This document shows, piece after piece, positions 1 to 12,534 of a DNA stretch of 64,000 bases. The stretch is from positions 209,064,001-209,128,000 of the forward strand of contig OZ024743.1 of assembly GCA_964016885.1 (NCBI GenBank), in the 5' to 3' direction. Under the pieces are notes generated by a model that saw only the letters and a list, made by a program, of their open reading frames with translations, was not told where the DNA came from and ran no database searches. Each line of letters starts with the position of its first letter. Position 1 is the stretch's first letter. This stretch comes from Eledone cirrhosa. Lineage: Eukaryota. Both the position numbers and the translations under genes were made by a program.

Positions 1-3000
1 CACAGATAAAAGCTCTTCACTCCATAAGATATACCACAGTTTACCATCGTATAGCCACACATGAGAGCTCTTCACTCTATAAGATATACCACACTTAAAC
101 CATCCTATAGCCAGATGAAAGTTCTTCACTCCATAAGATATACCACAGTATACCATCCTAAAGCCACACATGAAAGCTTTTCACTCCATAAGATATACCA
201 CAGTTTACCATCTTATAGCCACACATGAAAGCTCTTCACTCCATAAGATATACCACAGTTTACCATCCTATAGCCACAGATGAAAGCTCTTCACTCCATA
301 AGATATACCACAGTTTACCATCCGATAGCCACACATGAAAGCTCTTCACTCCATAAGATATACCACAGTTTACCATCCTATAGCCAGATGAAAGTTCTTC
401 ACTGCATAAGATATACCACAGTTTACCATCCTATAGCCACACATGAAAGCTCTTCACTCCATAAGATATATCACAGTTTACCATCCTATAGCCACAGATG
501 AAATCTCTTCACTCCATAAGATATACCACAGTTTACCATCCTATAGCCACACATGAGAGCTCTTCACTCCATAAGATATACCACAGTTTACCATCCTATA
601 GCCACACATGAAAGCTCTTCACTCCATAAGATATACCACAGTTTACCATCCTATAGCCAGATGAAAGCTTTTCACTCCATAAGATATACCACAGTTTACC
701 ATCCTATAGCCACACATGAAAGCTCTTCACTCCATAAGATATATCACAGTTTACCATCCTATAGCCACAGATGAAAGCTCTTCACTCCATAAGATATACC
801 ACAGTTTACCATCCTATAGCCAGATGAAAGCTCTTCTCTCCATAAGATATACCACAGTTTACCATCCTATAGCCACACATGAAAGCTCTTCACTCCATAA
901 GATATACCACAGTTAACCATCCTATAGCCACACATGAGAGCTCTTCACACCATAAGATATACCACAGTTTACCATCCTATAGCCACACATGAAAGCTCTT
1001 CACTCCATAAGATATACCACAGTTTACCATCCTATAGTCACACATGAAAGCTCTTCACTCCATAAGATATACCAAAGTTTACCACCCTATGGCCACAGAT
1101 GAAAGCTCTTCACTCCATAACATATACCACAGTTTACCATCATATAGCCACACATGAAAGCTCTTCACTCCATAAGATATACCACAGTTTACCATCCTAT
1201 AGCCACAGATGAAAGCTCTTCACTCCATAAGATATACCACAGTTTACCATCCTATAGCCACAGATGAAAGCTGTTCACTCCATAAGATATACCACAGTTT
1301 ACCATCCTATAGCCACACAAGAGAACTTTTCACACTATAAGATATACCACAGTTTACCATCCTATAACCACACATGGAAGCTCTTCACTCCATAAGATAT
1401 ACCACAGTTTACCATCCGATAGCCACACATGAAAGCTCTTCACTCCATAAGATATACCACAGTTCACCATCCTATAGCCAGATGAAAGTTCTTCACTCCA
1501 TAAGATATACCACAGTATACCATCCTATAGCCACACATGAAAGCTCTTCACTCCATAAGATATACCACAGTTTACCATCCTATAGCCACACATGAGAGCA
1601 CTTCACACCATAAGATATACCACAGTTTACCATCCTATAGCCACACATGAGAGCTCTTCACTCTATAAGATATACCACAGTTTACCATCCTATAGCCAGA
1701 TGAAAGTACTTCACTCCATAAGATATACCACAGTATACCATCCTAAAGCCACACATGAAAGCTTTTCACTCCATAAGATATACCACAGTTTACCATCTTA
1801 TAGCCACACATGAAAGCTCTTCACTCCATAAGATATACCACAGTTTACCATCCTATAGCCACAGATGAAAGCTCTTCACTCCATAAGATATACCATAGTT
1901 TACCATCCGATAGCCACACATGAAAGCTCTTCACTCCATAAGATATACCACAGTTTACCATCCTATAGCCAGATGAAAGTTCTTCACTGCATAAGATATA
2001 CCACAGTTTACCATCCTATAGCCACACATGAAAGCTCTTCACTCCATAAGATATATCACAGTTTACCATCCTATAGCCACAGATGAAATCTCTTCACTCC
2101 ATAAGATATACCACAGTTTACCATCCTATAGCCACACATGAGAGCTCTTCACTCCATAAGATATACCACAGTTTACCATCCTATAGCCACACATGAAAGC
2201 TCTTCACTCCATAAGATATACCACAGTTTACCATCCTATAGCCAGATGAAAGCTTTTCACTCCATAAGATATACCACAGTTTACCATCCTATAGCCACAC
2301 ATGAAAGCTCTTCACTCCATAAGATATATCACAGTTTACCATCCTATAGCCACAGATGAAAGCTCTTCACTCCATAAGATATACCACAGTTTACCATCCT
2401 ATAGCCAGATGAAAGCTCTTCTCTCCATAAGATATACCACAGTTTACCATCCTATAGCCACACATGAAAGCTCTTCACTCCATAAGATATACCACAGTTA
2501 ACCATCCTATAGCCACACATGAGAGCTCTTCACACCATAAGATATACCACAGTTTACCATCCTATAGCCACACATGAAAGCTCTTCACTCCATAAGATAT
2601 ACCACAGTTTACCATCCTATAGCCAGATGAAAGCTTTTCACACCATAAGATATACCACAGTTTACCATCCTATAGCCACACATGAAAGCTCTTCACTCCA
2701 TAAGATATACCACAGTTTACCATCCTATAGTCACACATGAAAGCTCTTCACTCCATAAGATATACCAAAGTTTACCACCCTATGGCCACAGATGAAAGCT
2801 CTTCACTCCATAACATATACCACAGTTTACCATCATATAGCCACACATGAAAGCTCTTCACTCCATAAGATATACCACAGTTTACCATCCTATAGCCACA
2901 GATGAAAGCTCTTCACTCCATAAGATATACCACAGTTTACCATCCTATAGCCACAGATGAAAGCTGTTCACTCCATAAGATATACCACAGTTTACCTTCC

Positions 3001-6000
3001 TATAGCTACACAAGAGAGCTTTTCACACTATAAGATATACCACAGTTTACCATCCTATAGCCACACATGGAAGCTCTTCACTCCATAAGATATACCACAG
3101 TTTACCATCCGATAGCCACACATGAAAGCTCTTCACTCCATAAGATATACCACAGTTTACCATCCTATAGCCAGATGAAAGTTCTTCACTCCATAAGATA
3201 TACCACAGTATACCATCCTATAGCCACACATGAAAGCTCTTCACTCCATAAGATATACCACAGTTTACCATCCTATAGCCACACATGAGAGCTCTTCACA
3301 CCATAAGATATACCACAGTTTACCATCCTATAGCCACACATGAGAGCTCTTCACTCTATAAGATATACCACAGTTTACCATCCTATAGCCAGATGAAAGT
3401 ACTTCACTCCATAAGATATACCACAGTATACCATCCTAAAGCCACACATGAAAGCTTTTCACTCCATAAGATATACCACAGTTTACCATCTTATAGCCAC
3501 ACATGAAAGCTCTTCACTCCATAAGATATACCACAGTTTACCATCCTATAGCCACACATGAAAGCTCTTCACTCCATAAGATATACCACAGTTTACCATC
3601 CGATAGCCACACATGAAAGCTCTTCACTCCATAAGATATACCACAGTTTACCATCCTATAGCCACACATGAAAGCTCTTCACTCCATAAGATATATCACA
3701 GTTTACCATCCTATAGCCACAGATGAAAGCTCTTCACTCCATAAGATATACCACAGTTTACCATCCTATAGCCAGATGAAAGCTCTTCTCTCCATAAGAT
3801 ATACCACAGTTTACCATCCTATAGCCACACATGAAAGCTCTTCACTCCATAAGATATACCACAGTTAACCATCCTATAGCCACACATGAGAGCTCTTCAC
3901 ACCATAAGATATACCACAGTTTACCATCCTATAGCCACACATGAAAGCTCTTCACTCCATAAGATATACCACAGTTTACCATCCTATAGCCAGATGAAAG
4001 CTTTTCACACCATAAGATATACCACAGTTTACCATCCTATAGCCACACATGAAAGCTCTTCACTCCATAAGATATACCACAGTTTACCATCCTATAGTCA
4101 CACATGAAAGCTCTTCACTCCATAAGATATACCAAAGTTTACCACCCTATGGCCACAGATGAAAGCTCTTCACTCCATAACATATACCACAGTTTACCAT
4201 CATATAGCCACACATGAAAGCTCTTCACTCCATAAGATATACCACAGTTTACCATCCTATAGCCACAGATGAAAGCTCTTCACTCCATAAGATATACCAC
4301 AGTTTACCATCCTATAGCCACAGATGAAAGCTGTTCACTCCATAAGATATACCACAGTTTACCATCCTATAGCCACACAAGAGAGCTTTTCACACTATAA
4401 GATATACCACAGTTTACCATCCTATAGCCACACATGGAAGCTCTTCACTCCATAAGATATACCACAGTTTACCATCCGATAGCCACACATGAAAGCTCTT
4501 CACTCCATAAGATATACCACAGTTTACCATCCTATAGCCAGATGAAAGTTCTTCACTCCATAAGATATACCACAGTATACCATCCTATAGCCACACATGA
4601 AAGCTCTTCACTCCATAAGATATACCACAGTTTACCATCCTATAGCCACACATGAGAGCTCTTCACACCATAAGATATACCACAGTTTACCATCCTATAG
4701 CCACACATGAGAGCTCTTCACTCTATAAGATATACCACAGTTTACCATCCTATAGCCAGATGAAAGTACTTCACTCCATAAGATATACCACAGTATACCA
4801 TCCTAAAGCCACACATGAAAGCTTTTCACTCCATAAGATATACCACAGTTTACCATCTTATAGCCACACATGAAAGCTCTTCACTCCATAAGATATACCA
4901 CAGTTTACCATCCTATAGCCACACATGAAAGCTCTTCACTCCATAAGATATACCACAGTTTACCATCCGATAGCCACACATGAAAGCTCTTCACTCCATA
5001 AGATATACCACAGTTTACCATCCTATAGCCAGATGAAAGTTCTTCACTGCATAAGATATACCACAGTTTACCATCCTATAGCCAGATGAAAGCTTTTCAC
5101 TCCATAATATATACCACAGTTTACCATCCTATAGCCACAGATGAAAGCTCTTCACTCCATAAGATATACCACAGTTTACCATCCTATAGCCAGATGAAAG
5201 CTTTTCACTCCATAATATATACCACAGTTTACCATCCTATGCCCACAGATGAAAGCTCTTCACTCCATAAGATATACCACAGTTTACCATCCTATAGCCA
5301 CACATGAAAGCTCTTCACTCCATAAGATATACCACAGTTTACCATCCTATGGCCACAGATGAAAGCTCTTCACTCCATAAGATATACCACAGTTTACCAC
5401 CCTATGGCCACAGATAAAAGCTCTTCACTCCATAAGATATACCACAGTTTACCATCGTATAGCCACACATGAGAGCTCTTCACTCTATAAGATATACGAC
5501 ACTTAAACCATCCTATAGCCAGATGAAAGTTCTTCACTCCATAAGATATACCACAGTATACCATCCTAAAGCCACACATGAAAGCTTTTCACTCCATAAG
5601 ATATACCACAGTTTACCATCTTATAGCCACACATGAAAGCTCTTCACTCCATAAGATATACCACAGTTTACCATCCTATAGCCACAGATGAAAGCTCTTC
5701 ACTCCATAAGATATACCACAGTTTACCATCCGATAGCCACACATGAAAGCTCTTCACTCCATAAGATATACCACAGTTTACCATCCTATAGCCAGATGAA
5801 AGTTCTTCACTGCATAAGATATACCACAGTTTACCATCCTATAGCCACACATGAAAGCTCTTCGCTCCATAAGATATATCACAGTTTACCATCCTATAGC
5901 CACAGATGAAATCTCTTCACTCCATAAGATATACCACAGTTTACCATCCTATAGCCACACATGAGAGCTCTTCACTCCATAAGATATACCACAGTTTACC

Positions 6001-7550
6001 ATCCTATAGCCACACATGAAAGCTCTTCACTCCATAAGATATACCACAGTTTACCATCCTATAGCCAGATGAAAGCTTTTCACTCCATAAGATATACCAC
6101 AGTTTACCATCCTATAGCCACACATGAAAGCTCTTCACTCCATAAGATATATCACAGTTTACCATCCTATAGCCACAGATGAAAGCTCTTCACTCCATAA
6201 GATATACCACAGTTTACCATCCTATAGCCAGATGAAAGCTCTTCTCTCCATAAGATATACCACAGTTTACCATCCTATAGCCACACATGAAAGCTCTTCA
6301 CTCCATAAGATATACCACAGTTAACCATCCTATAGCCACACATGAGAGCTCTTCACACCATAAGATATACCACAGTTTACCATCCTATAGCCACACATGA
6401 AAGCTCTTCACTCCATAAGATATACCACAGTTTACCATCCTATAGCCAGATGAAAGCTTTTCACTCCATAAGATATACCACAGTTTACCATCCTATAGCC
6501 ACACATGAAAGCTCTTCACTCCATAAGATATACCACAGTTTACCATCCTATAGTCACACATGAAAGCTCTTCACTCCATAAGATATACCAAAATTTACCA
6601 CCCTATGGCCACAGATGAAAGCTCTTCACTCCATAACATATACCACAGTTTACCATCATATAGCCACACATGAAAGCTCTTCACTCCATAAGATATACCA
6701 CAGTTTACCATCCTATAGCCACAGATGAAAGCTCTTCACTCCATAAGATATACCACAGTTTACCATCCTATAGCCACAGATGAAAGCTGTTCACTCCATA
6801 AGATATACCACAGTTTACCATCCTATAGCCACACAAGAGAGCTTTTCACACTATAAGATATACCACAGTTTACCATCCTATAGCCACACATGGAAGCTCT
6901 TCACTCCATAAGATATACCACAGTTTACCATCCGATAGCCACGCATGAAAGCTCTTCACTCCATAAGATATACCACAGTATACCATCCTATAGCCAGATG
7001 AAAGTTCTTCACTCCATAAGATATACCACAGTATACCATCCTATAGCCACACACGAAAGCTCTTCACTCCATAAGATATACCACAGTTTACCATCCTATA
7101 GCCACACATGAGAGCTCTTCACACCATAAGATATACCACAGTTTACCATCCTATAGCCACACATGAGAGCTCTTCACTCTATAAGATATACCACAGTTTA
7201 CCATCCTATAGCCAGATGAAAGTACTTCACTCCATAAGATATACCACAGTATACCATCCTTAAGCCACACATGAAAGCTTTTCACTCCATAAGATATACC
7301 ACAGTTTACCATCTTATAGCCACACATGAAAGCTCTTCACTCCATAAGATATACCACAGTTTACCATCCTATAGCCAGATGAAAGTTCTTCACTGCATAA
7401 GATATACCACAGTTTACCATCCTATAGCCACACATGAAAGCTCTTCACTCCATAAGATATATCACAGTTTTCCATCCTATAGCCACAGATGAAATCTCTT
7501 CACTCCATAAGATATACCACAGTTTACCATCCTATAGCCACACATGAGAG
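1..7550. repeat. HOR domain with ~1.4-1.7 kb units (about 25-31 monomers)
   Basis: Constant ORF-track offsets: 280/553/716 to 1865/2138/2301 (+1585); 2301/2519/3067/3285 to 3668/3886/4434/4652 (+1367); 280/553/716 to 5688/5961/6124 (+5408). Shared variants CACTGCATA, CTCTCCATA, GTTAACC, AAGTACTT. Confidence 0.85.
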
Positions 7551-10500
7551 CTCTTCACTCCATAAGATATACCACAGTTTACCATCCTATAGCCACACAT
7601 GAAAGCTCTTCACTCCATAAGATATACCACAGTTTACCATCCTATAGCCAGATGAAAGCTTTTCACTCCATAAGATATACAACAGTTTACCATCCTATAG
7701 CCACACATGAAAGCTCTTCACTCCATAAGATATACCACAGTTTACCATCCTATAGCCAGATGAAAGTTCTTCGCTCAATAAGATATACCACAGTTTACCA
7801 TCCTATAGCCACACATGAAAGCTCTTCACTCCATAAGATATATCACAGTTTACCATCCTATAGCCACAGATGAAAGCTCTTCACTCCATAAGATATACCA
7901 CAGTTTACCATCCTATAGCCAGATGAAAGCTCTTCACTCCATAAGATATACCACAGTTTACCATCCTATAGCCACACATGAAAGCTCTTCACTCCATAAG
8001 ATATACCACAGTTTACCATCCTATAGCCACACATGAGAGCTCTTCACACCATAAGATATACCACAGGTTACCATCCTATAGCCACACATGAAAGCTCTTC
8101 ACTCCATAAGATATACCACAGTTTACCATCCTATAGCCAGATGAAAGCTTTTCACTCCATAAGATATACGACAGTTTACCATCCTATAGCCACACATGAA
8201 AGCTCTTCACTCCATAAGATATACCACAGTTTACCATCCTATAGCCAGATGAAAGTTCTTCACTCCATAAGATATACCACAGTTTACCATCCTATAGCCA
8301 CATATGAAAGCTCTTCACTCCATAAGATATATCACAGTTTACCATCCTATAGCCACAGATGAAAGCTCTTCACTCCATAAGATATACCACAGTTTACCAT
8401 CCTATAGCCAGATGAAAGCTCTTCGCTCCATAAGATATACCACAGTTTACCATCCTATAGCCACACATGAACGCTCTTCACTCCATAAGATATACCACAG
8501 TTTACCATCCTATAGCCACACATGAGAGCTCTTCACACCATAAGATATACCACAGTTTACCATCTTATAGCCACACATGAAAGCTCTTCACTCCATAAGA
8601 TATACCACAGTTTACCATCCTATAGCCACAGATGAAAGCTCTTCACTCCATAAGATATACCACAGTTTACCATCCGATAGCCACACATGAAAGCTCTTCA
8701 CTCCATAAGATATACCACAGTTTACCATCCTATAGCCAGATGAAAGTTCTTCACTGCATAAGATATACCACAGTTTACCATCCTATAGCCACACATGAAA
8801 GCTCTTCACTCCATAAGATATATCACAGTTTACCATCCTATAGCCACAGATGAAATCTCTTCACTCCATAAGATATACCACAGTTTACCATCCTATAGCC
8901 ACACATGAGAGCTCTTCACTCCATAAGATATACCACAGTTTACCATCCTATAGCCACACATGAAAGCTCTTCACTCCATAAGATATACCACAGTTTACCA
9001 TCCTATAGCCACACATGAGAGCTTTTCACTCCATAAGATATGCCACAGTTTACCATCCTATAGCCACACATGAAAGCTCTTCACTCCATAAGATATACCA
9101 CAGTTTACCATCCTATAGCCAGATGAAAGCTTTTCACTCCATAAGACATACCACAGTTTACCATCCTATAGCCACACATGAAAGTTCTTCACTCCATAAG
9201 ATATACCACAGTTTACCATCCTATAGCCACACATGAAAGCTCTTCACTCCATAAGATATACCACAGTTTACCATCCTATAGCCACACATGGAAGCTCTTC
9301 ACTCCATAAGATATACCACAGTTTACCATCATATAGCCACACATGAAAGCTCTTCACTCCATAAGATATACCACAGTTTATCATCCTATAGCCATAGATG
9401 AAAGCTCTTCACTCCATAAGATATACGACAGTTTACCATCCTATAGCCAGATGAAAGCTTTTCACTCCATAAGATATACCACAGTTTACCATCCTATGCC
9501 CACAGATGAAAGCTCTTCACTCCATAAGATATACCACAGTTTACCATCCTATAGCCACACATGAAAGCTCTTCACTCCATAAGATATACCACAGTTTACC
9601 ATCCTATGGCCACAGATGAAAGCTCTTCACTCCATAAGATATACCACAGTTTACCACCCTATGGCCACAGATGAAAGCTCTTCACTCCATAAGATATACC
9701 ACAGTTTACCATCCTATGGCCGGAGATGAAAGCTCTTCACTCCATAAGATATACCACAGTTTACCATCCTATAGCCACACATGAAAGCTCTTCACTCCAT
9801 AAGATATACGACATTTTACCATCCTATAGCCACACATGGAAGCTCTTCACTCCATAAGATATACCACAGTTTACCATCATATAGCCACACATGAAAGCTC
9901 TTCACTCCATAAGATATACCACAGTTTACCATCCTATAGCCATAGATGAAAGCTCTTCACTCCATAAGATATACGACAGTTTACCATCCTATAGCCAGAT
10001 GAAAGCTTTTCACTCCATAATATATACCACAGTTTACCATACTATGCCCACAGATGAAAGCTCTTCACTCCATAAGATATACCACAGTTTACCATCCTAT
10101 AGCCACACATGAAAGCTCTTCACTCCATAAGATATACCACAATTTCCCATTCTATGGCCACAGATGAAAGCTCTTCACTCCATAAGATATACCACAACTT
10201 ACCACCCTATGGCCACAGATGAAAGCTCTTCACTCCATAAGATATACCACATTTTACCATCCTATAGCCACGCCACGGATGAAAGCTCTTCACTCCATAA
10301 GATATACCACAGTTTACCATCCTATAGCCACAGATGAAAGCTCTTCACTCTATAAGATATACCACAGATTACCATCTTATAGTCACACATGAAAGCTCTT
10401 CACTCCATAAGATATACCACAGTTTACCATCCTATAGCCAGATGAAAGCTCTTCACTCCATAAGATATACCACAGTTTACCATCCTATAGCCACAGATGA

Positions 10501-12250
10501 TAGCTCTTCACTCCATAAGATCAACCACAGTTTACCATCCTATAGCCACAGATGAAAGCTCTTCACTCCATAAGATATACCACAGTTTACCATCCTATAG
10601 CCACTGATTAAAGCTGTTCACTCCATAAGATATACCACATTTTACCATCCTATAGCCACACATGAAAGTTCTTCACTCCATAAGATATACCACAGTTTAC
10701 CATCCTATAGCCACACATGGAAGCTCTTCACTCCATAAGATATACCACAGTTTACCATCCTATAGCCACACATGAAAGCTCTTCACTCCAAAATATATAC
10801 CACAGTTTACCATCCTATAGCCAGATGAAAGCTCTTCATTCCATAAGATATACCACAGTTTACCATCCTATAGCCATGCATGAAAGCTCTTCACTCCATA
10901 AGATATACCACAGTTTAACATCCTATAGCCACACATGAAAGCTCTTCACTCCATAAGATATACCACAGTTTACCATCCTATAGCCACAGATGAAAGCTCT
11001 TCACTCCATAAGATATACCACAGTTTACCATCCTATAGCCACACATGAGAGCTCTTCACACCATAAGATATACCACAGGTTACCATCCTATAGCCACACA
11101 TGAAAGCTCTTCACTCCATAAGATATACCACAGTTTACCATCCTATAGCCAGATGAAAGTTCTTCACTCCATAAGATATACCACAGTTTACCATCCTATA
11201 GCCACATATGAAAGCTCTTCACTCCATAAGATATATCACAGTTTACCATCCTATAGCCACAGATGAAAGCTCTTCACTCCATAAGATATACCACAGTTTA
11301 CCATCCTATAGCCAGATGAAAGCTCTTCGCTCCATAAGATATACCACAGTTTACCATCCTATAGCCACACATGAGAGCTCTTCACACCATAAGATATACC
11401 ACAGTTTACCATCTTATAGCCACAGATGAAAGCTCTTCACTCCATAAGATATACCACAGTTTACCATCCGATAGCCACACATGAAAGCTCTTCACTCCAT
11501 AAGATATACCACAGTTTACCATCCTATAGCCAGATGAAAGTTCTTCACTGCATAAGATATACCACAGTTTACCATCCTATAGCCACACATGAAAGCTCTT
11601 CACTCCATAAGATATATCACAGTTTACCATCCTATAGCCACAGATGAAATCTCTTCACTCCATAAGATATACCACAGTTTACCATCCTATAGCCACACAT
11701 GAGAGCTCTTCACTCCATAAGATATACCACAGTTTACCATCCTATAGCCACACATGAAAGCTCTTCACTCCATAAGATATACCACAGTTTACCATCCTAT
11801 AGCCACACATGAGAGCTTTTCACTCCATAAGATATGCCACAGTTTACCATCCTATAGCCACACATGAAAGCTCTTCACTCCATAAGATATACCACAGTTT
11901 ACCATCCTATAGCCAGATGAAAGCTTTTCACTCCATAAGATATACCACAGTTTACCATCCTATAGCCACACATGAAAGTTCTTCACTCCATAAGATATAC
12001 CACAGTTTACCATCCTATAGCCACACATGAAAGCTCTTCACTCCATAAGATATACCACAGTTTACCATCCTATAGCCACACATGGAAGCTCTTCACTCCA
12101 TAAGATATACCACAGTTTACCATCATATAGCCACACATGAAAGCTCTTCACTCCATAAGATATACCACAGTTTACCATCCTATAGCCATAGATGAAAGCT
12201 CTTCACTCCATAAGATATACGACAGTTTACCATCCTATAGCCAGATGAAA

Positions 12251-12270
12251 GCTTTTCACTCCATAAGATA
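12251..12270 (+). repeat. Apparent target-site duplication, left copy (partner 14201-14220)
   Basis: GCTTTTCACTCCATAAGATA versus GCTCTTCACTCCATAAGATA: 19/20 identical, with the last 16 bp perfect. Confounded because both copies are satellite sequence and appear to belong to different monomer variants. Confidence 0.5.
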
Positions 12271-12534
12271 AGTTTCTTTTATTTGCCACTAGGGCATCAA
12301 AAGTGGGACAAGTACAAGGGGGGGAGTTTACACAAAAAGGCGTCCTCAATAAGGAGGAGGCAATAACAAAATATAAAAATAAAATGAGATATAACAAAAA
12401 ATAAAATTTTTAACAAAATCCTCAATAGAGAGGAGGCGCCTTGGGGGGTCGCACACACCCCCGAAAAAAGTGTGCAACCCTTTTCCTCAGGAGCACAGAG
12501 AGGGGGTGCTCCCTCGTTCCTTCCTCTTTTCCAC
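12271..12534 (-). other. LINE 3' UTR (264 nt) with several stem-loops and a U-rich tract
   Basis: Lies between the TAG stop (12535-12537) and the satellite junction. Inverted repeats at 12490-12512, 12446-12480, 12419-12434, 12343-12358 and 12284-12296. U-rich tract (sense strand) at 12362-12418. Confidence 0.8.
12278..12283 (-). promoter_or_regulatory. Polyadenylation signal AATAAA at the element 3' end
   Basis: Plus-strand TTTATT. The minus strand reads GGCA-AATAAA-AGAAACT, then satellite. Confidence 0.6.

Larger units (their letters stand above)
1..12270. repeat. 55-bp satellite DNA array, left arm (continues beyond window start)
   Basis: Continuous head-to-tail copies of ATGAAAGCTCTTCACTCCATAAGATATACCACAGTTTACCATCCTATAGCCACA[C/G], mostly with 0-3 substitutions per copy. 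A 53-bp variant (...TAGCCAG|ATG) is frequent. Ends at ...CCATAAGATA 12270. Confidence 0.99.

Noticed and set aside
115-130. GAAAGTTC variant resembles a heat-shock element (nGAAnnTTCn)
   Set aside because: Only two pentamer units, present in a minority of monomers; canonical HSEs need three.
12267-12272. Junction hexamer CTTATC (minus strand) also occurs in U2 snRNA, the target of Keno elements
   Set aside because: Only 6 bp, of which 4 are satellite. This is expected by chance, and no other U2 sequence is present.
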